DNA of 64,000 nucleotides from the human T2T-CHM13v2.0 reference genome, Homo sapiens. Shown here piece by piece: positions 10,984 through 23,453 of this stretch (positions within the stretch are counted from its first letter, which is position 1; every line of letters begins with the position of its first letter). The stretch spans positions 27,712,001 through 27,776,000 of the forward strand of contig CP086569.2 of assembly GCA_009914755.4 (NCBI GenBank), written 5' to 3'. A program made the position numbers and the translations under genes. A model generated the notes under the pieces. That model was not told where the DNA came from. It worked only from the letters and a program-made list of their open reading frames with translations, and did no database searches.

Positions 10984-13900
10984 CAAACCACATTGGTTAG
11001 ACTGACATCGAATAATATCAAAAGAAATGCGGTGAAGTGGAGGGGAGTGTACTGAAATGGGGTGGAATGAAATTGAATGGAGTGGAGTGGAGTGGAGTCT
11101 ACTGGAGTGGAATGGAATGGAATGGAAAGGAATGGAATGGAATGGAAAGGAATCGAATAGAATGGAGTGAAGTGCAGTGCAGTGAAATGGAGTGGAAAGG
11201 AATGGAATGGGAAGAATTGAATCAAATGGAATCGAAGGGAATCGAATCTAATGAAATTGAATGCAAAAAATTGAATGAGTAGAATCGAAAAAGATGGATT
11301 CAAATGGCAACAAATAAAATTGAATGGAATGCGGTGAGGTGGAGGGGATTGGAATGGAGTTGAATGGAATGTGGTGTAATTGAATTGAATGGAGTGGAGT
11401 GGAGTGAACTGGAGTGGAATGGAATGGAATGGGCAGGCATGGAATTGAAAGGCGTGGAGTGGAGTGGAATTGAGAGGAGTGGAATGGAATAGGGTGGATT
11501 GTGGTGGAGAATAATGGAAAAGAGTGGAGTGGAATGGAACGGAATGGAGTGGAGTGGAATGGAATGGAATTGAGTGAAGTGGAGTGTAGTGGAATGGAGA
11601 GTAATGGAGTGGAGTGGACTGGAGTGGAGTAGATTGCAGTGCATTGGACTGTAGGGGATAGAAGTGGCTTGGAGTCCATAGGAGTGGAGTGGAATGGAAT
11701 GGAATGGAGTGGAATGGACTGGAACGGAATGGAATGGAATGGATTTAAATGGCAGGGAATCAAATCGAATTGAATCATATTGAATCAAGTCGAATCGAGT
11801 GGAGGAAAGAAATCGAATGAAATCGAATGGAATGAATTGAATGGAGTCGAATGTCAACCATGGAATCGAAAGTAATGTGGTAAAGTGGAGTGGAGTGGAG
11901 TGTTATGGAGTGGAATGGAATGGGGTGATATGGAATTGAATACAGTGGAGAGGATTGGAGTGGATTGGGCTAGAGTTGAACGGAAAGGGAATGAATGGAA
12001 CTAAATGGAGTGGAGTGGAATGGAGTGGAATGGAATGGAATGGAATGGAATGGAATGGAACGGAATGGAGTGGAATGGAATCGAATCACATGGAACTGAA
12101 TGAAACCGAATTGAATGAAATTCAATGGAGAAAATGGAATCAAATGGAATCAAATCGATCGGATTTGAATGTCATTGAATGGAATCGAAAGGAATGCAGT
12201 GAGGTGGGGTTGAGTGGAATGGAGTGGAATGGAATGGGATGAATGGAATTGAATGGAGTGGAGTGGAATGGAATGGAATGGAAAGGACTGGAATTGAACA
12301 AAATGGAGTGTAGTAGAATGGAGTGGATTGGAGTGGAGTGCAGGGGAGTGCAGTGGAATGAAGGGGAGTGTAGTTGAATGGAATGGAATGTATGGAATGT
12401 ACTGGAATAGAATGGATAAGAAAGGAATGGAATGGAATCGCATGGAATTGAATAGAATCAAATCGAATTGAATAGAATCAAATGGAAAAAATGGAGTCAA
12501 ATGGAATCGAATGGCATAGAATCGAACGGTTTTGAATGGCAGTTAATTGGAACGAATGGAATGCGATGAAGTGGAGCAGAGTGGAGTGGAAAGGAGTGCA
12601 ATGGAATAGGGTGGAACTGAGTTTAATGGAACAGAGTGGATTGGAGTGGACTGGAGTGGAATGGAATGGGAAGGAATGGGATTGAAAGGAGTGGCGTGCA
12701 GTGGAGTGGAGTGGCATGGAGTGGAGTGGAGTGGAATGGAGTGGAATGGAATGGAGTGGAATGGAGTGGATTGGAATGGAATGGAGTGTAGAGGAATGGA
12801 ATGGAATGGTATAGAGTGGACAGGAATGGAGTGGAGTGGATTGGAATGGAATGGAATGGAATGGAATGGAACTGAATGGACTGGAATGGAATGGAATAGA
12901 ATGGAATCACAGGGAATCAAATTGGATTGAATCGAATCGAATGGAAAAAATGAAATCAAATGAAATTGAATGGAATCGAAATGAATGTAAACAATGGAAT
13001 CCAATGGAATCCAATGGAATCGAATCAAATGGTTTTGAATGGCGTAAAATGAAATCGCAAGGAAGGCAGTGAATTGGAGTGGAGTGGAATAGAGAGGAAT
13101 GAATTGGAATGGAGTGGAGTGGAATGGAGTGGATTCCAGTGGAGTGGAGTGGATTGGATCGGAATGGAATGGAATAGACTGGATTGGAGTGGTGTAGAGT
13201 GCAGTGGATTGGAGTGGAGAGGAATGGAGTGGAGAGAAGTCGAGTTGAGTGGAATGGAATGGAGTGGAGCAGAGTGGAATGCAAAAGAATGAAGTGGATT
13301 GGTGTGGAATGGAATGGCGTGGAATGGAGTGGAATAGAATGGAATGGAATCGCATGGAAGGATATCAAATCAAATGGAATCGAACGAAAATTATGAATCC
13401 AATGGAATCGAAAGGATTCCAAAGAAGAGATTCGAAAGGCATTTAATGGAATGGAAAGGTATGCAGTGAAGTGGAGTGGAGTGGAGTGGATTGTTTTAGA
13501 GTGAAATGGGGTGGATTGGAACACTATGTGGTGGAGTGGAGTGTAGTGGATCGGAGTGGAGTGCCGTGGAGTGGACTAGAGTAGGGTGGAGTGGAGTGCA
13601 TTGGAGTGGAATGGAGTGGAGTGGGGTGGAATGGAAAGGAATGGTATCAAATCGCATGGTAATGAATCAAATGGAATCAAATGGAATGAAATAATGGAAT
13701 CGAAGGCAAACGAATGGAATCGAATTGCACTGATTCTACTGACTTCGAAGAAAATGAAATGAAATGCGGTGAAGTGGAGTGGAGTGGAATGTATTAGGGT
13801 GGAATGGAATTGAATGGTGTGGAGTGGAGTGGAGTGCCCAGGAGTGGAATGGGAAGAAATGGAATTGAACGGAGTGGAGTGGAGTGGAATGGAGGGTAAT

Positions 13901-14123
13901 GGAGTGGAATGGAGTGGAGTGGAGTAGAGTGGAATGGGTTGGAGTGGAATGCAGAGGACAGGAGTGGAGTGTGGTGGACTGGAGTTGAGTGGAGTTGAGT
14001 GGAGTGCATTGGATTGAAATAGAGCGGAGCAGAGTGGAATGGAATTGAATCACATGGTACTGAATCAAATCGAATGGAATTAAATCGAATGAAAAAACGG
14101 AATCAAAAGCAAACGAATGGAGT
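10984..14123 (+). repeat. HOR copy D (3140 bp; carries a 20-bp 4-pentamer tandem duplication at ~11131-11150). From ~11.25 kb onward it is the start of the 18.66-kb duplicated block.
   Basis: Landmark at 10984, next at 14124. The sequence 'aatggaatggaatggaaagg' is present twice (11111-11130 and 11131-11150) but once in all other copies. The body equals copy J (11248..11778 = 29905..30435; 12543..13355 = 31195..32007). Confidence 0.8.
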
Positions 14124-17100
14124 CAAACCACATTGGTTAGACTGACATCGAATAATATCAAAAGAAATGCGGTGAAGTGGAGGGGAGTGTACTGAAATGG
14201 GGTGGAATGAAATTGAATGGAGTGGAGTGGAGTGGAGTCTACTGGAGTGGAATGGAATGGAATGGAAAGGAATGGAATAGAATGGAGTGAAGTGCAGTGC
14301 AGTGAAATGGAGTGGAAAGGAATGGAATGGAAAGAATTGAATCAAATGGAATCGAAGTGAATCGAATCTAATGAAATTGAACGCAAAAAATGGAATGAGT
14401 AGAATCGAAAAAGATGGATTCAAATGGCAACAAATAAAATTGAATGGAATGCGGTGAGGTGGAGGGGATTGGAATGGAGTTGAATGGAATGTGGTGTAAT
14501 TGAATTGAATGGAGTGGAGTGGAGTGAACTGGAGTGGAATGGAATGGAATGGGCAGGCATGGAATTGAAAGGCGTGGAGTGGAGTTGAATTGAGAGGAGT
14601 GGAATGGAATAGGGTGGATTTTGGTGGAGAATAATGGAAAAGAGTGGAGTGGAATGGAACGGAATGGAGTGGAGTGGAATGGAATGGAATTGAGTGAAGT
14701 GGAGTGTAGTGGAATGGAGAGTAATGGAGTGGAGTGGACTGGAGTGGAGTAGATTGCAATGCATTGGACTGTAGGGGATAGAAGTGGCTTGGACTCCATA
14801 GGAGTGGAGTGGAATGGAATGGAATGGAGTGGAATGGACTGGAACGGAATGGAATGGAATGGATTCAAATGGCAGGGAATCAAATCGAATTGAATCATAT
14901 TGAATCAAGTCGAATCGAGTGGAGGAAAGAAATCGAATGAAATCGAATGGAATGAATTGAATGGAGTCGAATGTCAACCATGGAATCAAAAGTAATGTGG
15001 TAAAGTGGAGTGGAGTGTTATGGAGTGGAATGGAATGGGGTGACATGGAATTGAATACAGTGGAGAGGAGTGGAGTGGATTGGGCTAGAGTTGAACGGAA
15101 AGGGAAGGAATGGAACTAAATGGAGTGGAGTGGAATGGAATGGAATGGAATGGAATGGAATGGAACGGAATGGCGTGGAATGGAATCGAATCACATGGAA
15201 CTGAATGAAAACGAATTGAATGAATTTGAATGGAGAAAATGGAATCAAATGGAATCAAATCGAACGGCTTCGAATGTCATTGAATGGAATCGAAAGGAAT
15301 GCAGTGAGGTGGGGTTGAGTGGAATGGACTGGAATGGAATGGGATGAATGGAATTGAATGGAGTGGAGTGGAATGGAATGGAATGGAAAGGACTGGAATT
15401 GAACAAAATGGAGTGTAGTAGAATGGAGTGGATTGGAGTGGAGTGCAGAGGATTGCAGTGGAATGAAGAGGAGTGTAGTTGAATGGAATGGAATGTATGG
15501 AATGTACTGGAATAGAATGGATAAGAAAGGAATGGAATGGAATCGCATGGAATTGAATAGAATCAAATCGAATTGAATAGAATCAAATGGAAAAAATGGA
15601 GTCAAATGGAATCGAATGGCATAGAATCGAACGGTTTTGAATGGCAGTGAATGGAAACGAATGGAATGCGATGAAGTGGAGCAGAGTGGAGTGGAAAGGA
15701 GTGCAATGGAATAGGGTGGAACTGAATTTAATGGAACAGAGTGGATTGGAGTGGACTGGAGTGGAATGGAGTGGGAAGGAATGGGATTGAAAGGAGTGGC
15801 GTGCAGTGGAGTTGAGTGGCATGGAGTGGAGTGGAGTGGAATGGAGTGGAATGGAATGGAGTGGAATGGAGTGGATTGGAATGGAATGGAGTGCAGGGGA
15901 ATGGAATGGAATGGTATAGAGTGGACAGGAATGCAGTGGAGAGGATTGGAATGGAATGGAATGGAATGGAATGGAACTGAATGGACTGGAATGGAATGGA
16001 ATAGAATGGAATCACAGGGAATCAAATTGGATTGAATCGAATCGAATGGAAAAAATGAAATCAAATGAAATTGAATGGAATCGAAATGAATGTAAACAAT
16101 GGAATCCAATGGAATCAAATGGAATCGAATCATATGGTTTTGAATGGCGTAAAATGAAATCGCAAGGAAGACAGTGAATTGGAGTCGAGTTGAATAGAGA
16201 GGAATGAATTGGAATGGAGTGGAGTGGAATGGAGTGGATTCCAGTGGAGTGGAGTGGATTGGATTGGAATGGAATGGAATAGACTGGATTGGAGTGGTGT
16301 AGAGTGCAGTGGATTGGAATGGAGAGGAATGGAGTGGAGTGAAGTCGAGTTGAGTGGAATGGAATGGAGTGGAGTAGAGTGGAATGCAAAAGAATGAAGT
16401 GGATTGGTGTGGAATGGAATGGCGTGGAATGGAGTGGAATAGAATGGAATGGAATCGCATGGAAGGATATCAAATCCAATGGAATCGAACGAAAATTATG
16501 AATCCAATGGAATCGAAAGGATTCCAAAGGAACGGATTCGAAAGGCATTTAATGGAATGGAAAGGTATGCAGTGAAGGTTAGTGGAGTGGAGTGGATTGT
16601 TTTAGAGTGAAATGGGGTGGATTGGAACACTATGTGGTGGAGTGGAGTGTAGTGGATCGGAGTGGAGTGCCGTGGAGTGGACTAGAGTGGGGTGGAGTGG
16701 AGTGCATTGGAGTGGAATGGAGTGGAGTGGGGTGGAATGGAATGGAATGGCATCAAATGGCATGGTAATGAATCAAATGGAATCAAATGGAATGAAATAA
16801 TGGAATCGAAGGCAAACGAATGGAATCGAATTGCACTGATTCTACTGACTTCGAAGAAAATGAAATGAAATGCGGTGAAGTGGAGTGGAGTGGAATGTAT
16901 TAGGGTGGAATGGAATTGAATGGTGTGGAGTGGAGTGGAGTGCCCAGGAGTGGAATGGGAAGAAATGGAATTGAACGTAGTGGAGTGGAGTGGAATGGAG
17001 GGTAATGGAGTGGAATGGAGTGGAGTGGAGTAGAGTGGAATGGGTTGGAGTGGAATGCAGAGGACAGGAGTGGAGTGTGGTGGACTGGAGTGGAGTGGAG

Positions 17101-17229
17101 TTGAGTGGAGTGCATTGGATTGAAATAGAGCGGAGCAGAGTGGAATGGAATTGAATCACATGGTACTGAATCAAATCGAATGGAATTAAATCGAATGAAA
17201 AAACGGAATCAAAAGCAAACGAATGGAGT
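14124..17229 (+). repeat. HOR copy E (3106 bp) = copy K
   Basis: Landmark at 14124, next at 17230. 401-aa string 15255..16460 is identical to 33912..35117 (offset 18657). Confidence 0.8.
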
Positions 17230-20200
17230 CAAACCACATTGGTTAGACTGACATCGAATAATATCAAAAGAAATGCGGTGAAGTGGAGGGGAGTGTACTG
17301 AAATGGGGTGGAATGAAATTGAATGGAGTGGAGTGGAGTGGAGTCTACTGGAGTGGAATGGAATGGAATGGAAAGGAATGGGATAGAATGGAGTGAAGTG
17401 CAGTGCAGTGAAATGGAGTAGAAAGGAATGGAATGGGAAGAATTGAATCAAATGGAATCGAAGTGAATCGAATCTAATGAAATTGAACGCAAAAAATGGA
17501 ATGAGTAGAATCGAAAAAGATGGATTCAAATGGCAACAAATAAAATTGAGTGGAATGCGGTGAGGTGGAGGGGATTGGAATGGATTTGAATGGAATGTGG
17601 TGTAATTGAATTGAATGGAGTGGAGTGGAGTGGACTGGAGTGGAATGGAATGGAATGGGCAGGCATGGAATTGAAAGGCGTGGAGTGGAGTGGAATTGAG
17701 AGGAGTGGAATGGAGTAGGGTGGATTGTGGTGGAGAATAATGGAAAAGAGTGGAGTGGAATGGAACGGAATGGAGTGGAGTGGAATAGAATGGAATTGAG
17801 TGAAGTGGAGTGTAGTGGAATGGAGAGTAATGGAGTGGAGTGGACTGGAGTGGAGTAGATTGCAGTGCATTGGACTGTAGGGGATAGAAGTGGCTTGGAC
17901 TCCATAGGAGTGGAGTGGAATGGAATGGAATGGAGTGGAATGGACTGGAACGGAATGGAATGGAATGGATTCAAATGGCAGGGAATCAAATCGAATTGAA
18001 TCATATTGAATCAAGTCGAATCGAGTGGAGGAAAGAAATCGAATGAAATCGAATGGAATGAATTGAATGGAGTCGAATGTCAACCATGGAATCAAAAGTA
18101 ATGTGGTAAAGTGGAGTGGAGTGTTATGGAGTGGAATGGAATGGGGTGACATGGAATTGAATACAGTGGAGAGGAGTGGAGTGGATTGGGCTAGAGTTGA
18201 ACGGAAAGGGAAGGAATGGAACTAAATGGAGTGGAGTGGAATGGAGTGGAATGGAATGGAATGGAATGGAATGGAATGGAATGGAATGGAACGGAATGGC
18301 GTGCAATGGAATCGAATTACATGGAACTGAATGAAACCGAATTGAATGAAATTGAATGGAGAAAATGGAATCAAATGGAATCCAATCGAACGGATTCGAA
18401 TGTCATTGAATGGAATCGAAAGGAATGCAGTGAGGTGGGGTTGAGTGGAATGGAGTGGAATGGAATGGGATGAATGGAATTGAATGGAGTGGAGTGGAAT
18501 GGAATGGAATGGAAAGGACTGGAATTGAACAAAATGGAGTGTAGTAGAATGGAGTGGATTGGAGTGGAGTGCAGGGGAGTGCAGTGGAATGAAGAGGAGT
18601 GTAGTTGAATGGAATGGAATGTATGGAATGTACTGGAATAGAATGGATAAGAAAGGAATGGAATGGAATCGCATGGAATTGAATAGAATCAAATCGAATT
18701 GAATAGAGTCAAATGGAAAAAATGGAGTCAAATGGAATCGAATGGCATAGAATCGAACGGTTTTGAATGGCAGTGAATGGAAACGAATGGAATGCGATGA
18801 AGTGGAGCAGAGTGGAGTGGAAAGGAGTGCAATGGAATAGGGTGGAACTGAATTTAATGGAACAGAGTGGATTGGAGTGGACTGGAGTGGAATGGAATGG
18901 GAAGGAATGGGATTGAAAGGAGTGGCGTGCAGTGGACGGGAGTGGCATGGAGTGGAGTGGAGTGGAATGGAGTGGAATGGAATGGAGTGGAATGGAGTTG
19001 ATTGGAATGGAATGGAGTGCAGAGGAATGGAATGGAATGGTATAGAGTGGACAGGAATGGAGTGGAGCGGATTGGAATGGAATGGAATGGAATGGAATGG
19101 AACTGAGTGGACTGGAGTGGAATGCAATAGAATAGAATCACAGGGAATCAAATTGGATTGAATCGAATCGAAAGGAAAAAAATGAAATCAAATGAAATTG
19201 AATGGAATCGAAATGAATGTAAACAATGGAATCCAATGGAATCAAATGGAATCGAATCAAATGATTTTGAATGGCGTAAAATGAAATCGCGAAGAAGGCA
19301 GTGAATTGGAGTGGAGTGGTATAGAGAGGAATGAATTGGAATGGAGTGGATTGGAATAGAGTGGATTCCAGTGGAGTGGAGTGGATTGGATTTTAATGGA
19401 ATGGAATAGACTGGATTGGAGTGGTGTAGATTGCAGTGGATTGGAGTGGAGAGGAATGGAGTGGAGTGAAGTCGAGTTGAGTGGAATGGAATGGAGTGGA
19501 GCAGAGTGGAATGCAAAAGAATGAAGTGGATTGGTGTGGAATGGAATGGCGTGGAATGGAGTGGAATAGAATGGAATGGAATCGCATGGAAGGATATCAA
19601 ATCCAATGGAATCGAACGAAAATTATGAATCCAATGGAATCGAAAGGATTCCAAAGGAACGGATTCGAAAGGCATTTAATGGAATGGAAAGGTATGCAGT
19701 GAAGTGGAGTGGAGTGGAGTGGATTGTTTTAGAGTGAAATGGGGTGGATTGGAACACTATGTGGTGGAGTGGAGTGTAGTGGATCGGAGTGGAGTGCCGT
19801 GGAGTGGACTAGAGTGGGGTGGAGTGGAGTACATTGGAGTGGAATGGAGTGGAGTGGGGTGGAATGGAATGGAATGGCATCAAATCGCATGGTAATGAGT
19901 CAAATGGAATGAAATAATGGAATCGAAGGCAAACGAATGGAATCGAATTGCACTGATTCTACTGACTTCGAGGAAAATGAAATGAAACGCGGTGAAGTGG
20001 AGTGGAGTGGAATGTATTAGGGTGGAATGGAATTGAATGGTGTGGAGTGGAGTGGAGTGCCCAGGAGTGGAATGGGAAGAAATGGAATTGAACGGAGTGG
20101 AGTGGAGTGGAATGGAGGGTAATGGCGTGGAATGGAGTGGAGTGGAGTAGAGTGGAATGGGTTGGAATGGAATGCAGAGGACAGGAGTGCAGTGTGGTGG

Positions 20201-20346
20201 ACTGGAGTGGAGTGGAGTTGAGTGGAGTGGATTGGATTGAAATAGAGCGGAGCAGAGTGGAATGGAATTGAATCACATGGTATTGAATCAAATCGAATGG
20301 AATTAAATCGAATGAAAAAACGGAATCAAAAGCAAACGAACGGAGT
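17230..20346 (+). repeat. HOR copy F (3117 bp) = copy L; carries the 10-bp 'caaatggaat' deletion subtype marker (~19910)
   Basis: Landmark at 17230, next at 20347. 309-aa string 18222..19151 is identical to 36879..37808. Confidence 0.8.
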
Positions 20347-23300
20347 CAAACCACATTGGTTAGACTGACATCGAATAATATCAAAAGAAATGCGGTGAAG
20401 TGGAGTGGAGTGTACTGAAATGGGGTGGAATGAAATTGAATGGAGTGGAGTGGAGTGGAGTCTACTGGAGTGGAATGGAATGGAATGGAAAGGAATGGAA
20501 TAGAATGGAGTGAAGTGCAGTGCAGTGAAATGGAGTGGAAAGGAATGGAATGGAAAGAATTGAATCAAATGGAACCGAAGTGAATCGAATCTAATGAAAT
20601 TGAACGCAAAATGTGGAATGAGTAGAATGGAAAAAGATGGATTCAAATGGCAACAAATAAAATTGAATGGAATGCGGTGAGGTGGAGGGGATTGGAATGG
20701 ATTTGAATGGAATGTGGTGTAATTGAATTGAATGGAGTGGAGTGGAGTGAACTGGAGTGGAATGGAATGGAATGGGCAGACATGGAATTGAAAGGCGTGG
20801 AGTGGAGTGGAATTGAGAGGAGTGGAATGGAGTAGGGTGGATTGTGGTGGAGAATAATGGAAAAGAGTGGAGTGGAATGGAACGGATTGGAGTGGAGTGG
20901 AATGGATTGGAATTGAGTGAAGTGGAGTGTAGTGTAATGGAGAGTAATGGAGTGGAGTGGACTGGAGTAGAGTAGATTGCAATGCATTGGATTGTAGGGG
21001 ATGGAAGTGGCTTGGAGTCCATAGGAGTGGAGTGGAATGGAATGGAATGGAGTGGAATGGACTGGAACGGAATGGAGTGGAATGGATTTAAATGGCAGGG
21101 TATCAAATCGAATTGAATCATATTGAATCAAGTCGAATCGAGTGGAGGAAAGAAATCGAATGAAATCGAATGGAATGAATTGAATGGAGTCGAATGTCAA
21201 CCATGGAATCAAAAGTAATGTGGTAAAGTGGAGTGGAGTGGAGTGTTATGGAGTGGAATCGAATGGGGTGACATGGAATTGACTACAGTGGAGAGGAGTG
21301 GAGTGGATTGGGCTAGAGTGGAACGGAAAGGGAAGGAATGGAACTAAATGGAGTGGAGTGGAATGGAGTGGAATGGAATGGAATGGAATGGAATGGAACG
21401 GAATGGAGTAAAATGGAATCGAATCACATGGAACTGAATGAAACCGAATTGAATGAAATTCAATGGAGAAAATGGAATCAAATGGAATCAAATCGAACGG
21501 ATTCGAATGTCATTGAATGGAATCGAAAGGAATGCAGTGAGGTGGGGTTGAGTGGAATGGAGTGGAATGGAATGGGATGAATGGAATTGAATGGAGTGGA
21601 GTGGAATGGAATGGAATGGAAAGGACTGGAATTAAACAAAATGGAGTGTAGTAGAATGGAGTGGATTGGAGTGGAGTGCAGGGGAGTGCAGTGGAATGAA
21701 GAGGAGTGTAGTTGAATGGAATGGAATGTATGGAATGTACTGGAATAGAATGGATAAGAAAGGAATGGAATGGAATCGCATGGAATTGAATAGAATCAAA
21801 TCGAATTGAATAGAATCAAATGGAAAAAATGGAGTCAAATGGAATCGAATGGCATAGAATCGAACGGTTTTGAATGGCAGTGAATGGAAACGAATGGAAT
21901 GCGATGAAGTGGAGCGCAGTGGAGTGGAAACGAGTGCAATGGAATAGGGTGGAACTGCATTTAATGGAAAAGAGTGGATTGGAGTGGACTGGAGTGGAAT
22001 GGAATGGGAAGGAATGGGATTGAAAGGAGTGGCTAGCAGTGGAGTGGAGTGGCATGGAGTGGAGTGGAGTGGAATGGAGTGGAATGGAATGGAGTGGAAT
22101 GGAGTGGATTGGAATGGAATGGAGTGCAGAGGAATGGAATGGAATGGTATAGAGTGGACAGGAATGGAGTGGAGCGGATTGGAATGGAATGGAATGGAAT
22201 GGAATGGAACTGAATGGACTGGAATGGAATGGAATAGAATAGAATCACAGGGAATCAAATTGGATTGAATCGAATCGAAAGGAAAAAAATGAAATCAAAT
22301 GAAATTGAATGGAATCGAAATGAATGTAAACAATGGAATCCAATGGAATCAAATGGAATCGAATCAAATGGTTTTGAATGGCGTAAAATGAAATCGCGAA
22401 GAAGGCAGTGAATTGGAGTGGAGTGGAATAGAGAGGAATGAATTGGAATGGAGTGGATTGGAATAGAGTGGATTCCAGTGGAGTGGAGTGGATTGGATTT
22501 TAATGGAACGGAATAGACTGGATTGGAGTGGTGTAGATTGCAGTGGATTGGAGTGGAGAGGAATGGAGTGGAGTGAAGTCGAGTTGAGTGGAATGGAAAG
22601 GAGTGGAGCAGAGTGGAATGCAAAAGAATGAAGTGGATTGGTGTGGAATGGAATGGCGTGGAATGGAGTGGAATAGAATGGAATGGAATCGCATGGAAGG
22701 ATATCAAATCCAATGGAATCGAAGGAAAATTATGAATCCAATGGAATCGAAAGGATTCCAAAGGAACGGATTCGAAAGGCCTTTAATGGAATGGAAAGGT
22801 ATGCAGTGAAGTGGAGTGGACTGGAGTGGATTGTTTTAGAGTGAAATGGGGTGGATTGGAACACTATGTGGTGGAGTGGAGTGTAGTGGATCGGAGTGGA
22901 GTGCCGTGGAGTGGACTAGAGTAGGGTGGAGTGGAGTGCATTGGAGTGGAATGGAGTGGAGTGGGGTGGAATGGAAAGGAATGATATCAAATCGCATGGT
23001 AATGAATCAAATGGAATGAAATAATGGAATCGAAGGCAAACGAATGGAATCGAATTGCACTGATTCTACTGACTTCGAAGAAAATGAAATGAAACGCGGT
23101 GAAGTGGAGTGGAGTGGAATGTATTAGGGTGGAATGGAATTGAATGGTGTGGAGTGGAGTGGAGTGCCCAGGAGTGGAATGGGAAGAAATGGAATTGAAC
23201 GGAGTGGAGTGGAGTGGAATGGAGGGTAATGGCATGGAATGGAGTGGAGTGGAGTAGAGTGGAATGGGTTGGAATGGAATGCAGAGGACAGGAGTGGAGT

Positions 23301-23453
23301 GTGGTGGACTGGAGTGGAGTGGAGTTGAGTGGAGTGGATTGGATTGAAATAGAGCGGAGCAGAGTGGAATGGAATTGAATCACATGGTATTGAATCAAAT
23401 CGAATGGAATTAAATCGAATGAAAAAACGGAATCAAAAGCAAACGAATGGAGT
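20347..23453 (+). repeat. HOR copy G (3107 bp) = copies M and N; 10-bp deletion marker at ~23015
   Basis: Landmark at 20347, next at 23454. Strings 20326..20982, 20591..21121 and 21632..22258 match 38983.., 39248.., 40289.. and 42090.., 42355.., 43396.. Confidence 0.8.

Noticed and set aside
15255-16460. Long minus-strand ORFs (401 aa here; also 33912..35117 at 401 aa, 9036..10214 at 392 aa, 18222..19151 at 309 aa) and the many + strand 60-143-aa 'MEWSGMEWNG...' ORFs, as possible tandem-repeat protein genes
   Set aside because: They are pure periodic translations of (ATTCC)n/(GGAAT)n: IPFHS/TPLHS on -, MEWNG/VEWSG on +. Both strands are 'coding' over the same DNA, ORF length simply tracks stop-free pentamer frames, and they recur every 3.1 kb with the satellite HOR. 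There are no start/stop context signals, introns or non-repetitive domains.
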